DNA from: an uncultured Gammaproteobacteria bacterium
GTDB lineage: Bacteria > Patescibacteriota > Patescibacteriia > Magasanikbacterales > UBA922
NCBI GenBank assembly: GCA_964344965.1
Contig: CAYFPJ010000001.1
Coordinates: forward strand, 86,771-150,770
DNA length: 64,000 nucleotides
Direction of reading: 5' to 3'
Position numbers and translations under genes: made by a program. Shown here one piece after another: positions 46,831-54,861 of this stretch. The stretch's first letter is position 1, and each line of letters opens with the position of its first letter. Below the pieces are notes generated by a model, which saw only the letters and a program-made list of their open reading frames with translations, had not been told where the DNA came from and did no database searches.

Positions 46831-46899
46831 CGCCTACGCTGAAGCTTCGGCGGATAAATGCCGCAATCGTTTTGTTCTTTCAATTATTATACAACACAT

Positions 46900-46975
46900 G
46901 CCAACTTAGCTCAGCTGGTAGAGCAATGGTTTTGTAAACCATCGGTCCGGGGTTCGAGTCCCCGAGTTGGCTCCA
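46900..46975 (+). tRNA. tRNA-Thr (anticodon UGU), CCA encoded
   Basis: Acceptor GCCAACT/AGTTGGC, D GCTC/GAGC, anticodon stem ATGGT/ACCAT with loop TTTGTAA, T-arm CGGGG TTCGAGT CCCCG, discriminator T, then CCA. Confidence 0.85.
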
Positions 46976-46977
46976 CG

Positions 46978-47260
46978 ATAATTTACAATTTGAAATTTTT
47001 AATTTGAAAACAATTTTAAATCTTTAAGCGGTTTTATTCCTCGATGCTTGCATCGAAAAAGTGAAAACTAACATTGGTTGAAATAAGATTTTCTGCCAAT
47101 ACCCCGCAGCTTGCTGCGGGGATGGCCCGATGAAGTCTTACTTAAACCAAATTTACTTTTATTGATTTAATTTTTTAATTTTAAAATTTGTTTAGTCCAT
47201 TGAATAATTAAAAATTAAGACATTGTTTAAAAATTTCAAATTGTAAATTATAAATTTAAC
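46978..47260. repeat. family F MITE-like element interrupted by copy 2 of the 145-bp direct repeat (47019-47163)
   Basis: Left TIR at 46978-47018 and right portion at 47164-47260. The inserted segment is identical to 43245-43389. Confidence 0.6.
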
Positions 47261-47265
47261 AATAC

Positions 47266-47333
47266 GGGTCGGTACTCAAGCGGTCAACGAGGGCAGACTG
47301 TAAACCTGCCTGCCGGCAGGTCTGCTAGAGTAC
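47266..47333 (+). pseudogene. tRNA-Tyr-like 5' fragment with a GC hairpin (CCTGCCTGCCGGCAGG) inserted after the anticodon loop; no T-arm
   Basis: GGGTCGGTACTCAAGCGGTCAACGAGGGCAGACTGTAAA parallels the 5' half of the real tRNA-Tyr at 47344. Confidence 0.55.
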
Positions 47334-47343
47334 TAACTAAAAT

Positions 47344-47426
47344 GGGTCGGTAGCGAAGCGGTCAAACGCAACAGACTGTAAATCTGTCGGTATATACCTT
47401 CGAAGGTTCGAATCCTTCCCGGCCCA
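47344..47426 (+). tRNA. tRNA-Tyr (anticodon GUA) with long variable arm
   Basis: Acceptor GGGTCGG/CCGGCCC, anticodon stem ACAGA/TCTGT with loop CTGTAAA, variable arm CGGTATATACCTTC, T-arm GAAGG TTCGAAT CCTTC, discriminator A. Confidence 0.85.
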
Positions 47427-47499
47427 CACAGGAAGACACTGCCAAATTGGTGGTGTTTTTTATATTTTTTTCTTGCAAAACAATTCAAAATGGTGTTTA

Positions 47500-47694
47500 A
47501 TATATGTGCTAAAAAGAAGATGGTGCTCGTTGTTGGTCGGTCTTATCAGATATTGGTCGATGGTCTGGTTACTACTCAACAACGTTCGTTCCCGATTAGA
47601 TCGGGACATCTATCTTCTTGGGAGGTTAAAATAAATTTTAATCAAAAAAGCTTTTCAAGCCTTTTAGGCTTTTTCAGCTTTTCAAGCTTTTTTT
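47500..47694 (+). promoter_or_regulatory. structured leader upstream of metK (candidate SAM-responsive element; class not assignable)
   Basis: Long-range helix CGTTGTTG...CAACAACG encloses CTTATCAGATATTGGTCGATGG, which echoes the CUUAUCA of SAM-I. It is followed by the hairpins CCCGAT tag ATCGGG and AAGCC tttt AGGCTT followed by a T-run. Confidence 0.3.
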
Positions 47695-48843
47695 ATGGAA
47701 AAACAATTTTTTACTTCAGAATCTGTGACCGAAGGTCATCCCGACAAAATTTGTGATCAGATTTCTGACGCAGTACTTGACGCAGTATTGAAAGATGACC
47801 CAGACGGAGCATGTTGTTGTGAAGTGTTCACAACTACTGGTCTAGTAGTGGTCGGTGGTGAGATTACTACCAAGACTTATGTTGACATCCCTGGCGTTGT
47901 TCGCAGTGTCCTTACTGACATTGGATATACAGATGATGATTATGGCATTGATGCCAAGAGTTGCGGAGTGATGGTGGCAGTAGACGAGCAGAGTGCAGAG
48001 ATTGCTCAGGGAGAGATTGAAACTGAGGGAGATCACAAAGCTCAGGGAGCAGGTGACCAAGGGATGATGTTTGGCTATGCCTGCAAAGAAACGCCAGAGC
48101 TGATGCCACTTCCAATCATGCTTGCTCATGGTCTCACTCGTAAGCTAGCAGAAGTTCGTAAAGATGGAACTTTGTCTTACCTTCGTCCAGATGGGAAGAG
48201 CCAAGTGACAGTAGAGTACGAAGATGGTAAGCCAAAGCGAGTAGACGCTGTGGTGATAGCTGCCCAACATGACGAGATAGATTTAGAAATTCTTCGCAAA
48301 GATATTAAAGAGAAGGTAATCAAGTCAGTGTGTGGAGAATTTGTCGATGACAATACCAAATATTATATCAACGAGACTGGTAAATTTGTCATCGGTGGGC
48401 CACATGGAGACACCGGCCTGACTGGACGAAAAATCATCGTTGACACATATGGGGGAGTCGGACGTCACGGTGGGGGAGCATTCTCTGGTAAGGTGCCAAA
48501 CAAGCAAGACCGTTCTGGAGCCTACATGGCGCGCTATGTGGCGAAGAACATTGTTGCGGCTGACCTAGCTGACAAGTGTGAAGTCCAGTTATCTTATGCT
48601 ATTGGCTATCCAGAACCAGTCAGTGTACTAGTAGATACTTTTGGTACTGGCAAAATAAGTAATGAAAAATTAGAGTCAGCTGTGCGAGAAGTCTTTGACC
48701 TTACTCCAGCGGGAATTATATCTACTCTTGATTTGAAGCGTCCAATCTATAGAGCTACTGCAGCTTACGGTCATTTTGGGAGAGACGAATTTCCTTGGGA
48801 GAAGGTGGATAAAGTTGAGGAGTTGACTGAGTTGGCTAAGTAG
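47695..48843 (+). CDS. metK: S-adenosylmethionine synthetase
   Basis: 382 aa with [18 protein letters not shown] and GGGAFSGK motifs. Confidence 0.93.
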   Translation: MEKQFFTSESVTEGHPDKICDQISDAVLDAVLKDDPDGACCCEVFTTTGLVVVGGEITTKTYVDIPGVVRSVLTDIGYTDDDYGIDAKSCGVMVAVDEQSAEIAQGEIETEGDHKAQGAGDQGMMFGYACKETPELMPLPIMLAHGLTRKLAEVRKDGTLSYLRPDGKSQVTVEYEDGKPKRVDAVVIAAQHDEIDLEILRKDIKEKVIKSVCGEFVDDNTKYYINETGKFVIGGPHGDTGLTGRKIIVDTYGGVGRHGGGAFSGKVPNKQDRSGAYMARYVAKNIVAADLADKCEVQLSYAIGYPEPVSVLVDTFGTGKISNEKLESAVREVFDLTPAGIISTLDLKRPIYRATAAYGHFGRDEFPWEKVDKVEELTELAK

Positions 48844-48872
48844 ATAAGTTTACTAAGTTACATGATAAAAAA

Positions 48873-48902
48873 GCCACTTTTCGCTTTGGGAAGTGGTTTT
48901 TT
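48873..48902 (+). terminator. rho-independent terminator after metK
   Basis: ccactt ...loop... aagtgg hairpin followed by TTTTTT. Confidence 0.55.
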
Positions 48903-48928
48903 GTTTGTATTTTTGATAAAATATAGAC

Positions 48929-49741
48929 ATGACAATCACCCAATCAATTGTCCTTGGGATTATCCAAGGCCTGACAGAATTTCTTCCAGTATCCTCTTCT
49001 GGTCATCTTATTTTTTTGCCAGAATTTTTTGGTTGGGTTGACCAAGGTCTATCTTTCGATGTGGTTGTCCACTTGGGGAGCTTGTTTGCTGTGGTCTTTT
49101 ATTTTAGAAAAAAGTTGTGGCAGATTGTCCGGTCTTTTTTTGAGAGAGGTGTAGATTCAAAATTAAATAGAAGATTGGGATTGCTTCTAATTTTGACAAT
49201 TATCCCTGCTGGACTAGTAGGATTTTTTGGATCTGAATGGATAGGGAATACTCTTCGTTCTTCTTCTGTAGTTGCTTTTGGTCTAATATTTTGGGGACTG
49301 GTATTGCTCGGAGCTGATTATCTAAATAAGTTTTGGATGAAGAAAAAGGAGAATTTGAGTGACTTGAATAATTTGAATTGGAAGCAAATTACCTTTGTGG
49401 CTTGTAGTCAGGCCATTGCCCTCATTCCTGGTACTTCGAGGTCTGGCATTACCATGACAGCGGGATTATTTGCCAAATTTGATAAAAAAACTGCTGCAGA
49501 ATTTTCATTTTTGATGAGCGTACCAATTATTGTTTTGGCTGGTTTTCTAAAGATATTTGAACTTTTTCAAACTGGTCTAGATACTCGTAGCCTTACTCCA
49601 CTGGTATTTGGATTTTTGGCAGCGATGATTAGTGGATTTTTTGCTATTTCTATACTTATGAAGATTATTCAGAAGTGGAGTTTTAAGCCTTTTGCTATTT
49701 ATAGGATTATTGTAGGTATTTTAATACTTATATTGTTGTGA
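48929..49741 (+). CDS. uppP: undecaprenyl-diphosphatase
   Basis: 270-aa polytopic membrane protein with the SSSGHL and PGTSRSG motifs of BacA/UppP. Confidence 0.88.
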   Translation: MTITQSIVLGIIQGLTEFLPVSSSGHLIFLPEFFGWVDQGLSFDVVVHLGSLFAVVFYFRKKLWQIVRSFFERGVDSKLNRRLGLLLILTIIPAGLVGFFGSEWIGNTLRSSSVVAFGLIFWGLVLLGADYLNKFWMKKKENLSDLNNLNWKQITFVACSQAIALIPGTSRSGITMTAGLFAKFDKKTAAEFSFLMSVPIIVLAGFLKIFELFQTGLDTRSLTPLVFGFLAAMISGFFAISILMKIIQKWSFKPFAIYRIIVGILILILL

Positions 49742-49759
49742 TTATTTTGAATTAAAAAT

Positions 49760-49864
49760 TTAGGTAATAGAACACGGGCCTTCGGCACACGGATTCAACG
49801 GATATGAACGGATTTAATACGTGTCAATCCGTTGAATCCGTGTCATCCGTGTTCTATTACCTAA
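49760..49864. repeat. family C palindromic element (TTAGGTAATAGAACACGG ... CCGTGTTCTATTACCTAA)
   Basis: Nested inverted repeats with ACGGATTCAACGG / CCGTTGAATCCGT inside. Confidence 0.65.
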
Positions 49865-49951
49865 AGTTTTTACCAAACAAAATATCCGTAAATCTGAATT
49901 ATTCCTGAAGAGGAATGCCTTGTGGGTATACGTATAATCCGCATTATTCCT

Positions 49952-50965
49952 ATGCACAAAACACACCGCACAATCACCACTGTCCTCGGTGCTGGTAATA
50001 TGGGTACAGCTTTGGCCCAGGTTTTGGCTGAGAATGGCCATCGAGTTCATCTATGGAATTGGCATGATGATCTCTTGCCTTTGCAACAGATTGAAAAAAA
50101 GCGTGAAAATAAAAAATATCTTCCTGGAGTTAAGTTGTCACACCGTATTATTACAGAAGAAAAACTTGAGGATGCTCTCAGAGGTTCGTCTGTTGTATTT
50201 TTTGTTATTCCTGCCAAAACTATGAAGCATACCATTGCTTTTGCTTCTCGGAATATTGAGCACAATGCTGTTTTGGTTGATGTATCAAAAGGTGTTCATC
50301 CTCACACTCTCCAGCCAATCACTACCATCATGTCTAAGTATGTACGACCAAAATTGAAGAAAAACATTGTCACTATGTCTGGGCCAGCAGTGGCCAAACA
50401 GATGTCCCACCATCATCACACTGTCATGAACATTGCTTCCAAAAATAAGCAGGCTATTAGATTTGTCAGGAGAGTGGTGGAAAATAAATATATGCACTTG
50501 ATCCCCACTTCTGACGTTATTGGAGTAGAGGTAGCTGGTTCATTCAAAAATGTTTATTCTATTGCTATGGGAATTTGTGATGGGCTGGGACTTGGTCTCA
50601 ATACCAAGGCTTATTTGATTACTAGGTCAGTAGATGAGATTGCTGACCTGGTTCAGGCGATGGGTGGTAGACGGAAGACTGCTTACGGCTTGGCTGGACT
50701 GGGAGATCTGATTGGTACTGGTCTTGCTAAGGAGAGTCGTAATAGGCAATTCGGGGAGTGTCTGGCCGGAGGGCTGTCTACAGAGAAATCTTGTAAGAGG
50801 ATAGGACAGACTATAGAGGGGATATCTTCTTCAGAGTCACTAATGAAGTTGTCTCGTAAGTATAAGCTAGATTTGCCTTTCGCTAAGGTAATTTTTGATA
50901 TAGTTCATAAGAAATCAGGGGCTAAGAAGGCGATGTTAGATTTTTTGTCTAGGGTTGACTTTTGA
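49952..50965 (+). CDS. gpsA: NAD(P)H-dependent glycerol-3-phosphate dehydrogenase
   Basis: GAGNMGTALA Rossmann motif. The likely start is the ATG at 49952 (MHKTHRTITTVLGAG). Confidence 0.75.
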   Translation: MHKTHRTITTVLGAGNMGTALAQVLAENGHRVHLWNWHDDLLPLQQIEKKRENKKYLPGVKLSHRIITEEKLEDALRGSSVVFFVIPAKTMKHTIAFASRNIEHNAVLVDVSKGVHPHTLQPITTIMSKYVRPKLKKNIVTMSGPAVAKQMSHHHHTVMNIASKNKQAIRFVRRVVENKYMHLIPTSDVIGVEVAGSFKNVYSIAMGICDGLGLGLNTKAYLITRSVDEIADLVQAMGGRRKTAYGLAGLGDLIGTGLAKESRNRQFGECLAGGLSTEKSCKRIGQTIEGISSSESLMKLSRKYKLDLPFAKVIFDIVHKKSGAKKAMLDFLSRVDF

Positions 50966-51038
50966 GCTTTTTGTGGTTAGGATAATGACTGTCTTAAGGT
51001 TAAAACTGTCAAGCACGTCAGACTTATTTTGCAACTCT

Positions 51039-51154
51039 GTCATTGCGAGGAGAGAGTCGGAGCCAAAGCGAAGAAGAACGACGTGGCAATCTCATCGTTT
51101 TTACACAAAACCCATGAGATTGCCACGTCGTTCTTTCAGACTCCTCGCAATGAC
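51039..51154. repeat. family A MITE-like element
   Basis: TIR GTCATTGCGAGGAG / CTCCTCGCAATGAC with an internal inverted repeat ACGACGTGGCAATCTCAT / ATGAGATTGCCACGTCGT. Confidence 0.7.
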
Positions 51155-51183
51155 GAAATAGTTAGCGGATTTTATAATCTATA

Positions 51184-52708
51184 TATGGATAAAAAAGAAA
51201 TTTTCAAAAAAATTTATCATGTTTCTGATGAGACGTATACGGACGTCTATGTTGTTGGTGGGTATGTGAGGGATGAGTTGCTTGGGGTTGAAAATAAGAA
51301 AGATATTGATTTTGTTGTAGCAGGAAGTGGCCTTAAGTTTGCTACCCAGCTTTTTACCAATTTTGATGAAGAAGATACTAGGCTTGTCGAGTTTCCAGAT
51401 TTTGATACTGCTCGGATCGTTTTTTTGGTTCCTCAAGAGAAAGATAAAAAAACAAAAGTAGTAATTGGTGGACAAGGTCTGGAAGAAGTGGAGATTGATC
51501 CATCCGATGAAATAAAAAAGAAGGTTTTGTTTGAAATAGAATTTGCTGGAGCAAGAACAGAGGAGTATAACGACAAATCTCGTAAGCCAAAAGTACAATC
51601 AACAACTCTTGAGGATGATTTGAGACGCCGTGATTTCACAGTTAATGCAATGGCTCAAAAAGTTGAAAAGAATGGCAAATTGGGAAAGATTGTGGATTTA
51701 TTTGATGGTCAAAAAGATTTAAAAAATAAAATTCTCCGTACACCATTAGATCCAGACGAGACTTTTGTCGATGACCCGCTTCGTATGCTCCGAGCAACTC
51801 GTTTTGCAGCTCAGCTCGAGTTTGCTATTGAGCCGAAGACCCTCCAGGCAATCAATGAAAACAGAAAGAGACTGAAAATAGTTTCCAAAGAAAGAATTCA
51901 AGAAGAAATTATCAAATTATTCGCTTCTGTCCAGCCTTCAGTTGGTCTTTTTATTCTCTATCAAACTAAGTTGATTGACGAATTCATGCCAGAAGTATCC
52001 AAGCTTGCTGGGGTGGAAGAAGTCAAAGGGTATAGTCATAAGGATAATCTGTCTCATACTTTTGCCGTGGTCGACAATATCGCTGAGAATTCAGACAAGC
52101 CATTACTTAGGTTCGCTGGTCTAATGCACGATATTGCCAAGCCAGATACTAAGAAATTTACCAAGGGGAGAGGTTGGACCTTTGATATGCATGAGCATTT
52201 GGGTAAGAAAATGACCAGAGATATTTGTCGTCGACTGAAATTTAGCAAAAAAGACACAGAGTATCTGGCCAAGTTGGTCCGCTATCATCTCCAGCCGATT
52301 GCTCTTATGGACAGAGGAGTGACAGATAGTCCAGTTCGTCGTTTAGTCATTGATGTTGGAGAGGATTTGGATGATTTGCTTGTCCTTTGTCGGGCTGATA
52401 TTACCACTGGTAATCAAAAGAAAAAGGCCAGGAGATTAAAAAATTATGATATTCTAGAAAAGCGAATTGTCGAGCTGATAGAGAAAGACAAGCTCAAATC
52501 ATTCCAATCCCCAGTACGCGGAGAAGAAATTATGGAGCTCACAGGTCTCAAGGCTGGTCCGACTGTGGGGAAAATAAAAAAACGCATTGAAAATGCTATT
52601 CTTGATGGTGAGATTGGTAATGATTATGAGGAGGCGAAGAATTTTTTGGAAAGCATTCGAGAGGAGTATGTGAGTGAGGCGGAGGAGTGGGAGAGGGGTA
52701 GTGGTTAG
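51184..52708 (+). CDS. cca: CCA-adding tRNA nucleotidyltransferase with HD domain
   Basis: Head domain GGYVRDELLG...DIDF and the HD motif LMHDIAKP. The start is set at the ATG at 51184, because the longer ORF would begin inside the family A repeat. Confidence 0.8.
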
Positions 52709-52747
52709 ACCAAAGTTTATCTTGAACTATAGAAAACTACAACTTTC

Positions 52748-52843
52748 GTCATTGCGAGGAGCGACGAAGGAGCGATCTATCTCATTGTTTTCTCTACTAC
52801 CACTGAGATTGCCACGTCGTTCTTTCAGACTCCTCGCAATGAC
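52748..52843. repeat. family A MITE-like element
   Basis: Same TIRs and orientation as the copy at 51039-51154. Confidence 0.7.
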
Positions 52844-52860
52844 GAATTAATTTTGAAAAT

Positions 52861-52895
52861 AAAAAAGCGCTGTGAATGCAGCGTTTTTGTTTTTG
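52861..52895. terminator. bidirectional terminator hairpin (AAAAAAGCGCTG tgaa TGCAGCGTTTTTG)
   Basis: An A-run, a hairpin and a T-run between cca (+) and the minus-strand RNA gene cluster. Confidence 0.6.
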
Positions 52896-52902
52896 TGTTG
52901 TG

Positions 52903-53035
52903 TGGACCGGCCCGGTTCGCACACTCTCTTCCGGAAGGATAGGTACTCCTTCGAGGGCGCCCCTCCCCCTTGGGAGAACCTGGGTTTGAGAGTGGCGAAC
53001 CGGTCCGGTCTGGTTACCGGAGGCGGGGTCATATC
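52903..53035 (-). ncRNA. GC-rich structured element of unknown identity (candidate small RNA)
   Basis: Long-range pairing GACCGGACCGGTTCGCCACTCTC / GAGAGTGTGCGAACCGGGCCGGTC on the minus strand encloses about 60 nt containing a TTCCGGAAGGA motif. There is no ORF, and GC is far above the local average. The strand is uncertain. Confidence 0.35.
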
Positions 53036-53042
53036 TATGCTA

Positions 53043-53116
53043 TGTGTGCGACAGGATTCGAACCTGCGACCTCCCTCATACCAAGAGGGCGCTCTATCCG
53101 CTAGAGCTACGCACAC
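53043..53116 (-). tRNA. tRNA-Thr (anticodon GGU)
   Basis: Minus strand: acceptor GTGTGCG/CGCACAC, D GCTC/GAGC, anticodon stem CCCTC/GAGGG with loop TTGGTAT, T-arm GCAGG TTCGAAT CCTGT, discriminator A. Confidence 0.8.
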
Positions 53117-53147
53117 AAACATGATGACCCCGCCTCAACGGCGAGTA

Positions 53148-53254
53148 TTGCGGGGGCAGGAGTCGAACCTGCGAGCCCTTGGAGAGTCTCGGTTTTGAAT
53201 CTCCAAGGCACCGGGTCATGAACCCGGCGGCCAAACCAGCTGGCGTTCCCCGCG
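53148..53254 (-). tRNA. initiator-like tRNA-Met (anticodon CAU) with an approximately 31-nt hairpin inserted in the variable region
   Basis: Minus strand: 5' CGCGGGG ... CCCCGCA A 3' as in E. coli tRNA-fMet, including the C1xA72 mismatch. Anticodon stem CCGGG/CCCGG with three G-C pairs and loop TTCATGA. T-arm GCAGG TTCGACT CCTGC. The extra hairpin CCTTGGAGA ... TCTCCAAGG lies between the anticodon and T arms. Total length is 107 nt. Confidence 0.55.
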
Positions 53255-53303
53255 ACAACTGGCTTTTACCCTAGCGATATCTCTCATTTTTGTCAAGTAT
53301 AAT

Positions 53304-54059
53304 TTGTGGAAGTATAATGTTGTAGTCAAAAACAAAAGAATGTATAATAGGTGGTATATGATTATTGAATTTTGGAATACATTTCTCTACGAACCCCTGT
53401 TCAACTTCTTGATCTGGATGTACAACAATTGGACAGACGCCAATATGGGTTGGGCGATAATTGCCTTGACCGTTTCTTTGCGTTTGGTCTTATTACCTCT
53501 TACCATCATTACGGAACGTAATCAGGCCAAAAATGATGGTCTAGAGGACGAAATCAAGCGAGTGGCGAAGGACTATCACTATGACCCAGTACTTCAGAAA
53601 GAAGAAATACGTCGCAAATTGAAACAGCGCAAAGTAAAGCCATGGGCCAAGGCTATCAATCTTGGCATCCAAGGTCTGGTCTTACTTTTGCTTTACCAAG
53701 TGTTTGTGAATGGGATTACTGGAGAGCGGATGATCAAGACCCTCTATTCTTCTGTAGATTTTCCTGGTGTGATCAATACTATGTTCTTTGGTCTTGATCT
53801 TAGTGAACCTTATGGATTATTCCTATCTGGAGCAGTGGGAATCTGGCTCATGCTTGAGATTTATATGGGTTTCAAAGGTCACCGCAAGTCTTTATCCCGA
53901 GCTGATTTGTTTTATTTCCTCCTTCTCCCTCTGTCAGTCTTCTTGCTACTCTGGGTGTTGCCCATGGTCAAAGCTCTTTTCATCCTCACTTCATTAGCAT
54001 TCTCACTAGTCGCTCACTGGCTGATGAAACCGTTTTTTAAGAAAAAGAAAAAGGCTTAG
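53304..54059 (+). CDS. yidC: YidC/Oxa1-family membrane protein insertase (short form)
   Basis: GWAIIALTVSLRLVLLPLTI and a KPWAKAINLGIQGLVLLLLYQVF core. The exact start is uncertain. Confidence 0.7.
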   Translation: MWKYNVVVKNKRMYNRWYMIIEFWNTFLYEPLFNFLIWMYNNWTDANMGWAIIALTVSLRLVLLPLTIITERNQAKNDGLEDEIKRVAKDYHYDPVLQKEEIRRKLKQRKVKPWAKAINLGIQGLVLLLLYQVFVNGITGERMIKTLYSSVDFPGVINTMFFGLDLSEPYGLFLSGAVGIWLMLEIYMGFKGHRKSLSRADLFYFLLLPLSVFLLLWVLPMVKALFILTSLAFSLVAHWLMKPFFKKKKKA

Positions 54060-54124
54060 CTAAGGCATTTTAACGCTCTCTTTGTTTACATTTGATTGAT
54101 TTTGTGATAATCTATTGTAGATTT

Positions 54125-54230
54125 GGGTTATACAACTAACAACTAACAACTAACAATTTTTTTAGATAATGTGATGTGAATTGTTAATTGTTAATTGTTA
54201 ATTTGTAATTTCAGATTTTGTAGCTCAGCT
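54125..54230. repeat. AT-rich palindrome with (CAACTAA)x3 ... (AATTGTT)x3 arms
   Basis: Read directly; related to GTCAATTGTCAAAAGTTAAATGTTAATTG motifs at 1830-1860 and 46722-46800. Confidence 0.55.
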
Positions 54231-54270
54231 TTTTTGTTTTGAGCACAGTCTCTATATTCATTGACTAGGT

Positions 54271-54861
54271 ATGTCCCAATCTCTCGACAAACTGATGTAT
54301 TCCTTTGTGATGGAAGATGTTCTCAAGGGATTTTTTATTTACGTGCCACCAGGATATGTTGCTTGTGTCTATGATCTTGGTAGGGGAGTACTCAAAAAAG
54401 TTTTGACTCCAGGTCTTCACTTCAAAATTCCGTTTTGGCAAAAGGCCAAGCTTTTCAACACTCAAACTCTCGAATACAGCATCTCTCGTAATTTCAATCC
54501 AGAAAATGAAAAAGCAATGGGAGATATCCCAACAGCAGCGGTGACAGAAGATGGGAAGAGGATTGGAGTGGAAGGGACTATCTTGCTTCGTTTAGACATT
54601 CATCAGATCCCAGCTATTTGGCAGACCATTGGTGAGGATTTTGTAGCGAAGATTATCCGTCCCACTGTCAGAAGTAGGATTAGGATGGTTGCCAGTCGAT
54701 TTGAATTTCAGGATCTGGTCGGAGCGAAGCGAGATACTGTAGAGACAGAGCTCAAGAATGAATTAGAGCGCATATTCTATTCTCGTGGTATTTATGTCGA
54801 GAATGTCCTTCTTAGTGAGATTGCTAATGTGCAGGAGTATAAGCGGACTGCGGAAGAATGA
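54271..54861 (+). CDS. SPFH/Band 7 (stomatin-prohibitin) domain protein
   Basis: 196 aa with a Band-7 core (GLHFKIPFWQKAK...TEDGKRIGVEGTILLR). Confidence 0.65.
   Translation: MSQSLDKLMYSFVMEDVLKGFFIYVPPGYVACVYDLGRGVLKKVLTPGLHFKIPFWQKAKLFNTQTLEYSISRNFNPENEKAMGDIPTAAVTEDGKRIGVEGTILLRLDIHQIPAIWQTIGEDFVAKIIRPTVRSRIRMVASRFEFQDLVGAKRDTVETELKNELERIFYSRGIYVENVLLSEIANVQEYKRTAEE

Noticed and set aside
47490-47756. 88-aa ORF overlapping the metK leader and start
   Set aside because: Overlaps the structured leader and is out of frame with metK; more likely non-coding regulatory RNA.
51029-51183. Upstream extension of cca into the family A repeat
   Set aside because: The extension would translate a palindromic MITE; the conserved head domain begins shortly after the ATG at 51184.
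52903-53035. Assignment as SRP (4.5S) RNA
   Set aside because: A TCCGGAAGGA tetraloop motif is present, but the conserved AGCA/symmetric-loop partner and the overall hairpin geometry could not be reconstructed. Left as unknown ncRNA.
52847-53198. ORFs of 91 and 108 aa across the GC-rich RNA region
   Set aside because: They overlap two tRNA genes and a structured GC-rich element; the region is an RNA gene cluster.
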